Shown here piece after piece: positions 17,084-26,397 of a stretch of DNA of 64,000 bases. A program made the translations under genes and the position numbers. This DNA comes from a virus (lineage: Duplodnaviria; Caudoviricetes), in IMG/VR virus record IMGVR_UViG_3300031998_000009, positions 96,001 through 160,000 of that record, one strand, 5' to 3'. Below the pieces are notes generated by a model that was given only the letters and a program-made list of their open reading frames with translations, searched no databases and had not been told where the DNA came from. Every line of letters begins with the position of its first letter. Positions within the stretch are counted from its first letter, which is position 1.

Positions 17084-17297
17084 GTGGAACACCAGTACCT
17101 CTCCCTCTTGACCGATGTATTAACGAACTCCACCTAAATCCGTCCTGTAAGACCTAGTACAGAAAATATCATCTAAATATAACAGGCGTCCCTGCTTCCT
17201 ATTTAACCCATAAGTGGAGTAAGGTTTTACTGCTTACCTTCAAACATCGTCATCTAGGTCCGGATCCTAAATGATTCCAGGTAACTAGGATTACCCT
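17084..17297 (-). ncRNA. unknown ~210-nt multi-stem RNA between tRNA-Thr and tRNA-Sup
   Basis: Nested stems UGGAA/UUCCA, UCAUUUAGG/CCUAGAUGA, CGAUGU/ACAUCG, ACUCCACUUA/UAGGUGGAGU. Confidence 0.5.
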
Positions 17298-17300
17298 TGA

Positions 17301-17373
17301 AGCTGGATGACGGACTCGAACCCCCGACCTGCTGATTACAAATCAGCTGCACTACCAACTGTGCTAATCCAGC
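17301..17373 (-). tRNA. tRNA-Thr(TGT)
   Basis: Cloverleaf, loop TTTGTAA. Confidence 0.93.
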
Positions 17374-17375
17374 AA

Positions 17376-17570
17376 AGTGTCTGTCTATCCAGACTGTCAT
17401 AAGGCACTGCCACTTATGTTACCGTCTACCGTAAGCCTTATTCCCCTCTCGACGACCGTTAACGGAGTGGTCCATTCCGGATGTCTTGTTAAGGTACAAA
17501 CTCTTAAACCTTACTTTCTCAAGGTTATTTTATAGAACCGTTTGATATAAGTAATAAACCTTTCAGTTCT
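17376..17570 (-). ncRNA. unknown ~195-nt structured RNA between tRNA-Asn and tRNA-Thr
   Basis: AUAAGGC/GCCUUAU, AACCUU/AAGGUU and GUCUG/CAGAC stems; shares a motif with 16177-16311. Confidence 0.5.
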
Positions 17571-17572
17571 TT

Positions 17573-17648
17573 TGGCTCCCGTAGACAGACTCGAACTGCC
17601 GACTTGATCATTAACAGTGACCCGTTCTACCAACTGAACTATATGGGA
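17573..17648 (-). tRNA. tRNA-Asn(GTT)
   Basis: Cloverleaf, loop CTGTTAA, G discriminator + CCA. Confidence 0.93.
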
Positions 17649-17652
17649 ATGA

Positions 17653-17726
17653 TGGGCTCTCTGGGACTCGAACCCAGGACCACCCGGTTATGAGCCGGAA
17701 GCGCTAACCGACTGCGCTAAGAGCCC
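17653..17726 (-). tRNA. tRNA with CAT anticodon, probably Ile2 (lysidine) rather than Met
   Basis: CCGG-CTCATAA-CCGG anticodon arm typical of Firmicutes Ile2. Confidence 0.85.
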
Positions 17727-17819
17727 GTATAAACTCCTACAAAAACAATGCATGGTTATCATTGAAACATCGGAGTTTGTGTTTTTTACATTTGAAAGAA
17801 AGGAATATCAAATGTCTGG

Positions 17820-17895
17820 TGGTGTGCCAACTGGGATTTGAACCCAGGACCCCTTCCTTAAAAGGGAAGTGTTCTGCCAGCTGAACTATTGGCAC
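17820..17895 (-). tRNA. tRNA-Lys(TTT)
   Basis: Cloverleaf, loop CTTTTAA, encoded CCA. Confidence 0.93.
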
Positions 17896-18026
17896 ATTTT
17901 CAACCTCTAAAAACTTACATCACAAAATAAGTAAAACTTGGTTGAATTTAGTTTTATTAAAGGAGAATGGAATGAGATGGACAGTCGTTTTTTATTTCCT
18001 TTATCACTATTCGTGTTTACAAACAT

Positions 18027-18055
18027 ATTATAACACATTATTCAGATATTGTCAA
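18027..18055 (-). promoter_or_regulatory. consensus sigmaA promoter of tRNA array
   Basis: TTGACA-17bp-TATAAT with extended -10 TG. Confidence 0.9.
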
Positions 18056-18088
18056 GTACTTTTTGAAATTTTCTTTTTATTTTTATAT

Positions 18089-18511
18089 TTAATTTTTAAC
18101 TACTCTCTTTACTTCTGTTTCTGGAGAAAGTATAACCGGATCACCTGTTTTAGGGAAGGCGATAACAAAATCACCTTTTGTTGTTTCGTACACTTTATAA
18201 CAGTTGAATTTATAAAAGAACTGCTCACCTTGCTTCAGTTCTCCGAGTTTCACAGAGAAATTTGGAATAGGAATTCTTTTATATCTTGCCCAGGCAATAG
18301 CAATACCTGTTTTTGGATTGTACTTGTCAGTTTCTTTACATTTAGCAGAAGCTATTTTTCCGGTTTTACTATTCATAATAAAAACCGTAGTGCTTTTATC
18401 TGAATTAATAAAAACATCCTGGTGAAGATTAACTGTTTTTATGGTTGTTTTTATATAATCCATCCACATTGAATAACACCATTCATCAAATGTTTTGCAG
18501 TTTTTTCTCAT
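18089..18511 (-). CDS. phage hypothetical protein
   Basis: AKCKETDKYNPKTGIAIAWAR motif; GAGGTG SD; own promoter. Confidence 0.7.
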   Translation of the reverse strand: MRKNCKTFDEWCYSMWMDYIKTTIKTVNLHQDVFINSDKSTTVFIMNSKTGKIASAKCKETDKYNPKTGIAIAWARYKRIPIPNFSVKLGELKQGEQFFYKFNCYKVYETTKGDFVIAFPKTGDPVILSPETEVKRVVKN

Positions 18512-18571
18512 GATAACACCTCAATAATAGACTTTTTACCTTTTTGCAATATGACTTCTATTTACAATAAT

Positions 18572-18600
18572 AGTATAACATATTTTTAGTATTTTGTCAA
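18572..18600 (-). promoter_or_regulatory. sigmaA-type promoter
   Basis: TTGACA-17bp-TATACT, extended -10 TG. Confidence 0.85.
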
Positions 18601-18624
18601 GTAGTTTTTTGAAAAAATAAATAT

Positions 18625-18656
18625 AAAAAGTCCTCCTAGTAACAGGAGGACTTTTT
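18625..18656. terminator. bidirectional intrinsic terminator ending the SSB-to-HD operon
   Basis: AAAAAGTCCTCCT / AGGAGGACTTTTT. Confidence 0.85.
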
Positions 18657-18674
18657 GTGAAATATACACAACAC

Positions 18675-19292
18675 TTATCCTAATTTACCTTTTAGGTTTT
18701 CATTTTCCCAAACATAAGTTGCCATCATGTCCGCTCTATGTAATGCAAATGCTAAAGTATTTTTAGCAAAGGACTCACTTAAATTACCAACTGTACTGTA
18801 TTGAGATAAGTCATAAGCTCCCATATGCCAATATATTGCTTGTGCTTCTTCGTCTGTTAATTTAATGAATTTTTGAATCCTATATACAGATAATGCCCCG
18901 TGACCCATCTGGAAAGCATCTGTATTGTAATTATAGCAATCTACTGTATCCCATCTACCTGTTTCTGGATCCTTTACATTTTTAGTTCCTTTTACATATT
19001 TACCGGCTTTGCAAACATCATGAAGTAGACTGACAATAGTTGCAGATTCTAAAGAATGATATTGTTGCCATTTATCTTTACCGCCATAAATAAAGGAGAG
19101 TTCATCCAGCATGGAGTAATAAACATTCATGGAGTGGTCACATAGACCACCTTCGTAACTTCCATGGTATTTAGTACTGGCAGGTGATGTATAAAAACCT
19201 GCTTCTTCTAGATATACTAATAAATCAGACACACCTGGTCTATTTACGTTATCACTCATTGTTTTGACAAATGCACTCTTACTGCTTTCCAT
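18675..19292 (-). CDS. HD-domain phosphohydrolase
   Basis: PASTKYH..GGL.DHS, LLHDVCK, GHG, YWHMG, LHRAD. Confidence 0.88.
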   Translation of the reverse strand: MESSKSAFVKTMSDNVNRPGVSDLLVYLEEAGFYTSPASTKYHGSYEGGLCDHSMNVYYSMLDELSFIYGGKDKWQQYHSLESATIVSLLHDVCKAGKYVKGTKNVKDPETGRWDTVDCYNYNTDAFQMGHGALSVYRIQKFIKLTDEEAQAIYWHMGAYDLSQYSTVGNLSESFAKNTLAFALHRADMMATYVWENENLKGKLG

Positions 19293-19860
19293 CTGTATTA
19301 AACTCCTTCCATTCGTTCATATAATTTAACATACGAAGATAACCAAATATTAACTTGAAAAATTCCAATGCTTCAAAGGTTCCATCCTTCATGTCATAAA
19401 AAGGAAAGGCTTTCTTGATGGCATTTATATATGTCATTATATCCTTTTTGAATATTGTAGCAAACTCTTTATCCTTCGTTACATCATGAAAAATAATGTA
19501 TTTAATAGGAGCACGATGTTCTTGTAGTTTATCAATATCATAATAAGTGTTAAACAAAATTGAAGCCATGGAAATGTAAAGATCTTTCTTTTGTTTAACA
19601 TACATATCAAATAGTTTACTAACATTTTTGAACGCTAGTTTGTTACTTTGTTCAATCATTTGTTTTTGCTGGGTATCGAGTGTTTTCTCCTTGACAATTT
19701 CTTTGTTCTTCTCCAACTGTGGAAAATATCGTTTAAGTATATCCGAATATTTTCCTCCTTTATTAGAGTCTAGTTCTTCTTTAGCTTTCTTGCAGATTCT
19801 TTCAAAATCATTAAAGAAAACAACATCGAAAAAGTCATCGTACAGATTTGTGCTCAACAT
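19279..19860 (-). CDS. hypothetical protein
   Basis: ORF; start at 19860 behind GGAGG. Confidence 0.65.
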   Translation of the reverse strand: MLSTNLYDDFFDVVFFNDFERICKKAKEELDSNKGGKYSDILKRYFPQLEKNKEIVKEKTLDTQQKQMIEQSNKLAFKNVSKLFDMYVKQKKDLYISMASILFNTYYDIDKLQEHRAPIKYIIFHDVTKDKEFATIFKKDIMTYINAIKKAFPFYDMKDGTFEALEFFKLIFGYLRMLNYMNEWKEFNTDGKQ

Positions 19861-19874
19861 ATATGATCCTCCTT

Positions 19875-21140
19875 TTATATAAATATAACACACCTGTTCT
19901 TGGCGCGTGTTATTCCAACATAAAATACCTTTATCTCTTCTGAATTATCCATATTCTTTATAGGAAATTTACCATAAAGTGCTACATTTTCACATTCTAG
20001 TCCTTTAGAGGCATGAACAGTAAGTACCTTTATACACGGTTTCTCTGTTATCTCTTTTAGCTTCTTCTGTGAGATTGTAGACTGTTTAAAACAATAATGA
20101 TTTATGTTGTGCTGCTTCAATAGGTCGTCTATCATTACCATTTCTTTGTTACTTCGTGTAAGTAAGAACCAATCTTCATTTTCGTTTAATTTTGACAAGA
20201 ACTTCTCAAGTTGTGATTTTGCTACAAATTCCAAACTACCTTGATTTGGGTTCATACATACAACATCTTTCTTTATAATATCAGATGCCTTTTGGATAAC
20301 GGCATTGGCATACATAAGAATAGATTTAGCGGTTCTGTAATTTTCTGTCAGATAAAATACCTTCCAATCTGGATTCTTCATTAACGAAAGAAATATATTT
20401 ACATCTCCACCTTTGAAACCGAAGATTGCCTGAAAGTCGTCTCCTATGTAAAAATTATTTTTTGCTTTTAACGAACGTAAAAAGTTATACTCCAAATACC
20501 CAATATCTTGAAGTTCGTCTACAAATAGATACTCAAGATCCAGTTTATTCTCTTTGAAATATTTAGTAGTTAGTTCGATTAATTCGTCGAATGTAATTAT
20601 ATTATTTAGTTTACACAAGGTAGTTACCGTCTCTTTATAGTAGTAACTATATTCTCTACCTAATAGTTGCATAATCTCTGTATATACTTGCTCACTAGGA
20701 AACTTATACTTTATATCGTTTTTTGACATTCTACCAGCTGATACAAGACGGTCATAGACAACAAACTGTTCATAATCTTGTAATGTACAATATCTAGCAT
20801 ATTTAGGAATTAGAATTTTCATAAATTCTGTTTGATACTCTTCCGAAAATATTTCAAAATCGTATCCAGTCTGTTTCAATAACATATTCGCATATGAATG
20901 TATAGTTCCAATAAAACAGTATTTGCTAGAAGGTGTATCGGATAAACGTAGGTATAACTCGTCGGCTGCCCTATTTGTGAATGTGATAATAACAATAGAT
21001 CTGGCATCTACACCTGTATTTAATAAATGTTTGACACGTTCTACAAGTGTTCTTGTCTTACCTGATCCAGAACCGGCATCTACAATAATATTTTTATCTG
21101 AGCATAGTACAATTTCTTTTTGTTGCTTACTCAACTCCAT
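19875..21140 (-). CDS. UvrD/Rep-family SF1 helicase (compact)
   Basis: AGSGSGKT, ITFTNRAA, VDELQD, GDDFQAIFGF, LTENYR, TVHASKGLE, YVGITRAK. Confidence 0.92.
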   Translation of the reverse strand: MELSKQQKEIVLCSDKNIIVDAGSGSGKTRTLVERVKHLLNTGVDARSIVIITFTNRAADELYLRLSDTPSSKYCFIGTIHSYANMLLKQTGYDFEIFSEEYQTEFMKILIPKYARYCTLQDYEQFVVYDRLVSAGRMSKNDIKYKFPSEQVYTEIMQLLGREYSYYYKETVTTLCKLNNIITFDELIELTTKYFKENKLDLEYLFVDELQDIGYLEYNFLRSLKAKNNFYIGDDFQAIFGFKGGDVNIFLSLMKNPDWKVFYLTENYRTAKSILMYANAVIQKASDIIKKDVVCMNPNQGSLEFVAKSQLEKFLSKLNENEDWFLLTRSNKEMVMIDDLLKQHNINHYCFKQSTISQKKLKEITEKPCIKVLTVHASKGLECENVALYGKFPIKNMDNSEEIKVFYVGITRAKNRCVIFI

Positions 21141-21519
21141 CTGTCTTATCCTCCGTTCTGTTTAGAAATCTTTGTCGAGCTGCCTCTTTTTGTTCATCTG
21201 ACATTTCACGTTTCTTGAACGGATCAATGATGGAAACACCCTTTTTGGAACCTTTGAATGTTTTGCTACAAATAGTTCCATCTTTATAATACTGTGTTTT
21301 TATACATATCCAGTTCTTCTTTTCCAGTTTTCTCCAATATTTGGGTATACTTGTATCAGCATACCACACACCTTCAGCTTCATTGTAAAGAAGAACTATT
21401 TCTCGTTCGTCTTTGGTGAGTTTTTCTAATACAACTTCTTCAGATTCGGATTCTGCGGTATTTCTGATATTTTCTACATAATCCTTCTCTTTCTGAGTCA
21501 TGTTTGTGTCCTCCGTCAT
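21127..21519 (-). CDS. phage hypothetical protein
   Basis: 130-aa ORF; KREMSDEQKEAARQRF tail common in Firmicutes phages. Confidence 0.7.
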   Translation of the reverse strand: MTEDTNMTQKEKDYVENIRNTAESESEEVVLEKLTKDEREIVLLYNEAEGVWYADTSIPKYWRKLEKKNWICIKTQYYKDGTICSKTFKGSKKGVSIIDPFKKREMSDEQKEAARQRFLNRTEDKTDGVE

Positions 21520-22670
21520 CCATAAATTTCTTTATTTATATGATTTACAATTTTATCGTACACATCCTTATTTTCTGGATCTTTAAGAAATGGAATTAGT
21601 TTTGCTTGACCGTTTATCTTAATGTCTACCTTATTTCCATCTTCGTCTGTTCTGGAAAGTAGTTCACCTGTTTCCGGATCCAAAAACGTAAACCATGCAC
21701 CTGCTTTATTTATAATACCACTTTTAATTCCTAGATCAATGTAATCAATAAGTGGTTCAATACCGTGATCGTATGTTAAGGTATACGAACCTAACTTTCT
21801 ATCTGGCTTACATACCTTTGTCTTTGCAATGCTCATCATTACTTTATGTCCATATGGACTTTCGTGACTCTTTTTAACCTCATCGAACTTCTCATCAAAA
21901 GGTGTACCTTGTCTAAACATAGCACGAACAGAACAGACGTGTTTCCAACATTTACCACCTGGAGTTGTATATGTAGGTCCACCATAACCGGCATTAAGGT
22001 TATCTCTTACTTGATTTATACCTATTAAGGCACAGTTTCTTTTAGAACATATAAGTTCTACTTTTTTAGAGAATTTAGTTAAAGCTCTGGATATACCACC
22101 ATATGTAGAATCTTCAATGTCCTTATCCATTTCCTGCTGGGATACCATCATTCCAAGACTATCTATAACAGCTAGTCCAATTTCACCGGCATCAATAAGT
22201 TGATAGACCATATCAAATATTTCTTCAGCGCTCTGTGATTCTGGAGACATCATATAAAGGTCATCTACACAAACACCTAGTTTTTCTGCCCACTCATCAT
22301 CAAAAGTATTTTCACAATCAATCCACAATACTTTTCTAGGACCAGTTTCACGAAGTTCGAGTAAGTAACCGGATTCTTCTTTATTCAGTTTCTCTTTGTT
22401 TTCCAATTTATGGATTTTCTCTTCCCATTCCTCCTGGAATAGCTTTTGGGCATTTCCAGCAATATCGAGTGCTGTGGTTGTCTTACCTGAACTCTCTTCA
22501 CCAAAAAACTCAACAATACGTCCTCTTGGAATACCGCCATATAACATACGGTTTGCATTAGGACTACTAAATGGAATTCTAGCACAATTATGAATAATAG
22601 TACCTTTTGTGAAAAGTTCCATTTTGTACTTCTTGTTAAACTCCTTAAATAGTGTTTCTGACTTGGTCAT
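21516..22670 (-). CDS. recA: RecA-like recombinase
   Basis: GGIPRGRIVEFFGEESSGKTT, VIDSL, INQVR, TPGG. Confidence 0.95.
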   Translation of the reverse strand: MTKSETLFKEFNKKYKMELFTKGTIIHNCARIPFSSPNANRMLYGGIPRGRIVEFFGEESSGKTTTALDIAGNAQKLFQEEWEEKIHKLENKEKLNKEESGYLLELRETGPRKVLWIDCENTFDDEWAEKLGVCVDDLYMMSPESQSAEEIFDMVYQLIDAGEIGLAVIDSLGMMVSQQEMDKDIEDSTYGGISRALTKFSKKVELICSKRNCALIGINQVRDNLNAGYGGPTYTTPGGKCWKHVCSVRAMFRQGTPFDEKFDEVKKSHESPYGHKVMMSIAKTKVCKPDRKLGSYTLTYDHGIEPLIDYIDLGIKSGIINKAGAWFTFLDPETGELLSRTDEDGNKVDIKINGQAKLIPFLKDPENKDVYDKIVNHINKEIYG

Positions 22671-22681
22671 ATCATTACCCC

Positions 22682-23200
22682 TTAATTCGTTTTTGTAGGA
22701 GCTACTTTGGATAACTCCAATTCAGCCATTCTTCTGGATACTACCTTTTTAGCACTTTGTAGAAGTTCTGTAGCATAAGATACTTTTTGTTTGATTATAT
22801 CATAAGCACTTCCATATATAGTAGAAACTAATGTTTTATTCATAACAGCATTTGTTGCTACAGCTTTTCTATAACCTTCTGTACCTGCTGTTTCTGTATA
22901 AATATCGTTATAGTCTGTTGTTTTGGAAACATCAGACATATCCTGTTTAAGACCCAGTAGCTCTTGTTGTGTTCCACAGAAATACAAAAGAGCTGGTATT
23001 GTCATAATAATGTCGTCTAGTTCAGCATCCGTTATGTTGTTACTTCCACCATCCAATAATTCGAATACATACTGCACATACTGGTCTAGCTTATCACAAC
23101 ATTGATGAACCAGAGAGTCTACAATACTTCTTGCATACTCTGTATTAACATCTAATGTTTCCAATAGCTTTTCAAGTTCATCATTTGTTAATTTTTCCAT
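22682..23200 (-). CDS. hypothetical helical protein (recombination region)
   Basis: Start at 23200 behind GGAGTGAG. Confidence 0.65.
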   Translation of the reverse strand: MEKLTNDELEKLLETLDVNTEYARSIVDSLVHQCCDKLDQYVQYVFELLDGGSNNITDAELDDIIMTIPALLYFCGTQQELLGLKQDMSDVSKTTDYNDIYTETAGTEGYRKAVATNAVMNKTLVSTIYGSAYDIIKQKVSYATELLQSAKKVVSRRMAELELSKVAPTKTN

Positions 23201-23720
23201 CGTACTCACTCCATATCTTATCGGATTCTTGGTGAAGTTTGTGTAAAAACTTATCACCGAAATAGTCAAACATAACACGTTTCTTCATACCGTCAATTAA
23301 GATATGTGGAATAAAATCTTCATTAGACGAATCTGTAACTAGGTTTGTTATGTTCAAAGACTTTGCCCCACTATTACGATGTCTCTGTAAATCTTTAATA
23401 TTCACAAATGCTGTAACATCATGGTCCATAAACCAAACACACACACCGGCTACACAACGGTATATTTGACTTTTTTCGTACATACCAATCCATTGATTCT
23501 TTGTAATATCCCCGGCATAGTTCAGTGTATTACCATATTTACTCTTACACTCCAAATAAAACATATCCGGAGAACTAAACATTGTAAAATCACAAATATT
23601 ACGAACACCTGAATAACCTGCCATAGGGTCTATAAGTCTATCAAATGATACATTAGGTAGATTTTCTAGACTTTTCTTTATAGCACCCTCAAAGTCTTTA
23701 CCTCTATTTACTGCTTTCAT
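23181..23720 (-). CDS. recU: RecU-like Holliday junction resolvase
   Basis: NRGKDFE, CDF, LECKS, NQW. Confidence 0.8.
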   Translation of the reverse strand: MKAVNRGKDFEGAIKKSLENLPNVSFDRLIDPMAGYSGVRNICDFTMFSSPDMFYLECKSKYGNTLNYAGDITKNQWIGMYEKSQIYRCVAGVCVWFMDHDVTAFVNIKDLQRHRNSGAKSLNITNLVTDSSNEDFIPHILIDGMKKRVMFDYFGDKFLHKLHQESDKIWSEYDGKINK

Positions 23721-24706
23721 TTATTATCAACCTTACATACAGTTTTATAATCGCAATACTGACATATGTGCTTGGTTATATCCGTTTCTATAGGAGGAGG
23801 TGTTTTTTTATCTACATAACTCTGACAAGTAGCAATTCTGTTATCAATATATTGTCTATTTTCATCTGTCACTTCTACTAGAAATGATTTTTTAGTACAA
23901 AAATCTCTATTTTCATAAATAAAGATAACTTTATCAATTCCAAATTCTAGTGAGTATGTGTATGCTTGTATCCTATGTTCTGGATCCATTGCTTTTCTGT
24001 CCATCCATTTATAGGATGATTCTGTTTTGATTTCTATAATATAATATGTATTCTTATACTTTATAATTCCATCACACAAGAATACAATATTTCTTCTTTC
24101 GTCGTACAGTTTTACTTCATAGTCTTTCTTACTTTGAATTGTTAAAGGTAAATTATGTTCTTTAACAAACTCAACAACATCAACAAATTCACAGTCGACA
24201 ACGTATTCCTTCATTTTAGAAATAGCGTTTTGAATACGTTCATGTCTATCAGTCCCACTATCGCAAATACCGTAAAAATCAGATGTTTTACTGGATTGTT
24301 TATCCTGGTCAGCACCTATTACCTGATAGTACATATTACGAATACACTTCATCGAAGAAGGTTTATACGTTCTGGAAGGCTTTCCGTCCGAATACACACA
24401 CACATAATAATCATCATTTGCATGATAAACAATATGAGAATTATCATAGCAGTTTTCCTTATTAGGTTCAGGTAATTCTGTTACACAAACAATATCAACT
24501 CTTCTATACGTTTCGGAACCTTCTTGTTTGGTGTCGAGATATTTATCCTTGTTATCGGTTATCTTTTTGAAATAATAACCTACTTTGTACTCATTCATTT
24601 TACGAATAGTATAATCCAGATCCAAAAGAAAGGATGCTTCCGGAGAAACATCCTTTCCAGAATCTGCTACTAACCTATTCAGATTAAATAGTGCTTTCTG
24701 TGCCAT
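23717..24706 (-). CDS. Cas4-like PD-(D/E)XK exonuclease
   Basis: PSS..C.R, GTDRHE, CDGI, IEIKT, QAYTY, CQYCDYKTVC Fe-S cysteines. Confidence 0.85.
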   Translation of the reverse strand: MAQKALFNLNRLVADSGKDVSPEASFLLDLDYTIRKMNEYKVGYYFKKITDNKDKYLDTKQEGSETYRRVDIVCVTELPEPNKENCYDNSHIVYHANDDYYVCVYSDGKPSRTYKPSSMKCIRNMYYQVIGADQDKQSSKTSDFYGICDSGTDRHERIQNAISKMKEYVVDCEFVDVVEFVKEHNLPLTIQSKKDYEVKLYDERRNIVFLCDGIIKYKNTYYIIEIKTESSYKWMDRKAMDPEHRIQAYTYSLEFGIDKVIFIYENRDFCTKKSFLVEVTDENRQYIDNRIATCQSYVDKKTPPPIETDITKHICQYCDYKTVCKVDNK

Positions 24707-24708
24707 AT

Positions 24709-25797
24709 TTATGACTCCATTCTTGGGTCATCCAATAGTGAAATAATCTGAATTACATTATCCTCTTCAATACGGAATGTAGAAGGTTCACCGTAATAAA
24801 GATGTACAGTTTCACCAACTCTAGCATTGAGCTGCTTCTTCAAGGATTCCACACCTACAAAACAGGTGAAGTCTTTGAAGTTGTTACTACCCTGATACGG
24901 TACCGTTTCAATACCGTCATCATGTGCAGACTCTACCTTAACACCTGCTTGAGTAAATGTCATGTACAATCCATTCTGATCATTATCACTAATAAACAGA
25001 GACAATCTATCAATAATATTAAGAAGAGCTGTTTTTGGAAGTATGCAATCAGAACCGTATTCTCTTTCCAAAATAGCATCGATAGTTGATACCGGATATT
25101 CTTCAATACCTTCTGGAAGTACAGCAAACAGTTTCATCTTCTCGGTCTTAAACAAAATATTATTCTGATAAATCTTATATGTAATGTCTTCTTCAGATGT
25201 CATACTTAAAAGTTCGAATACATTCGGTGGAATGAGTATGTCCTTATCAAATGTAGGTAACTGTGTAATACAAATATTAAATGTATCAGCAGAAATAACT
25301 CTGTTCTTCAAACACAGATAATTTACCAGGTATGGTGCCTCCAATGTTAGTGCCAAAGAGGGCTTATTATGAAGAATAAGTGTTTTAATAACAGATGTTT
25401 TGATAGTTCCACTGTATTCAGGATTATTGATCTCGTGTACTGGATACTTAATAGGTGTACCATCTACATCAAGCTGAATTGGAATCTTATAAGTACCATT
25501 ACCTGTAACAGAAATAAAACTATCTGTAACATCAATCTTGATATTCTCTACACTTGTTTTCATAATCAGTTTAGAGAATGTATCTACATTAACTGTAAAT
25601 GTTACAGGATCTCCATTAAGAATTTTGTCAGTTACAGTAAAATAGTTATTAGAATCTGTTGTTGTAATAGAGAAGTTACCACTGTCTACAACAAAATTCA
25701 TCAAACTTGTAATAGCACTGAATTTACTGTTTCCGGCACCTTTAATTGCCTTATTAATAGCTGTTTGAAGTACCTGAGTATTAATAGTAAACGCCAT
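24709..25797 (-). CDS. dnaN: DNA polymerase III beta-like sliding clamp
   Basis: 362 aa; TTTDS, SADT, EEYP, IIDRLSLF patterns of the three-domain clamp; clamp loader encoded nearby. Confidence 0.8.
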   Translation of the reverse strand: MAFTINTQVLQTAINKAIKGAGNSKFSAITSLMNFVVDSGNFSITTTDSNNYFTVTDKILNGDPVTFTVNVDTFSKLIMKTSVENIKIDVTDSFISVTGNGTYKIPIQLDVDGTPIKYPVHEINNPEYSGTIKTSVIKTLILHNKPSLALTLEAPYLVNYLCLKNRVISADTFNICITQLPTFDKDILIPPNVFELLSMTSEEDITYKIYQNNILFKTEKMKLFAVLPEGIEEYPVSTIDAILEREYGSDCILPKTALLNIIDRLSLFISDNDQNGLYMTFTQAGVKVESAHDDGIETVPYQGSNNFKDFTCFVGVESLKKQLNARVGETVHLYYGEPSTFRIEEDNVIQIISLLDDPRMES

Positions 25798-25812
25798 AAT
25801 CTGAATCCTCCA

Positions 25813-26397
25813 TTAATGTTTTGTTGTGATATTTGAATAAAGTTCCTGTCTCAATGAGGCATTAGCACGGAACTCACCACCTAAAGCACAGGTCCTAGTA
25901 ATACTAGGTTTCTTAATACCTCTTGCCGACATACAACTGTGTCTGCCCTGAATGATAACAGCGACACTATCCGTATTAAGAATTTTTTGAAGTATCTCCA
26001 TGATGTCACTTCCAATACGTTCCTGAAGCTGTAAACGCTTACCTACCATATCTGCGATTCTGGCAATCTTGGAAAGTCCAATAACTCTACCATTCGGAAT
26101 GTATGCCACAGATACAGTCATATCAAACATAAGTGCAATATGATGTTCGCAGTAGCTATAAATAGGAATTTCGTCTACAATTACAAGGTCTCCCATTGTA
26201 GTGTCCTCGAAACACTTATCAAACATTGTAGCGATTTCGTCATTGGTATAGCACATACCTTCGAATACTTCTTCGTACATCTTTGCTACTCGTTTAGGAG
26301 TATCTAAAAGTCCTTCTCTATCCGGATTGTCTCCGAGAGCAATAAGAATATTACGAATGGACTGCTCAATAAGTTCTTTATTGATCTTTTTAGACAT
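25813..26397 (-). CDS. folE: GTP cyclohydrolase I
   Basis: [40 protein letters not shown]. Confidence 0.97.
   Translation of the reverse strand: MSKKINKELIEQSIRNILIALGDNPDREGLLDTPKRVAKMYEEVFEGMCYTNDEIATMFDKCFEDTTMGDLVIVDEIPIYSYCEHHIALMFDMTVSVAYIPNGRVIGLSKIARIADMVGKRLQLQERIGSDIMEILQKILNTDSVAVIIQGRHSCMSARGIKKPSITRTCALGGEFRANASLRQELYSNITTKH

Noticed and set aside
17376-17400. FMN riboswitch (ACAGUCUGGAU resemblance)
   Set aside because: The rest of the RFN consensus is absent and the downstream gene is a tRNA
15039-17570. Theta/HDV-like, hammerhead, twister or pistol ribozymes, tmRNA, RNase P or SRP RNA in tRNA spacers
   Set aside because: Only fragments match (e.g. CCAGCCUCC, CGUUAA, AGGAAGCAG); I could not complete the required pairings by hand, so cmscan is needed
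23717-24706. CRISPR-Cas system implied by the Cas4-like nuclease
   Set aside because: No repeat-spacer array or other cas genes; solo Cas4-like exonucleases are common in phage recombination modules
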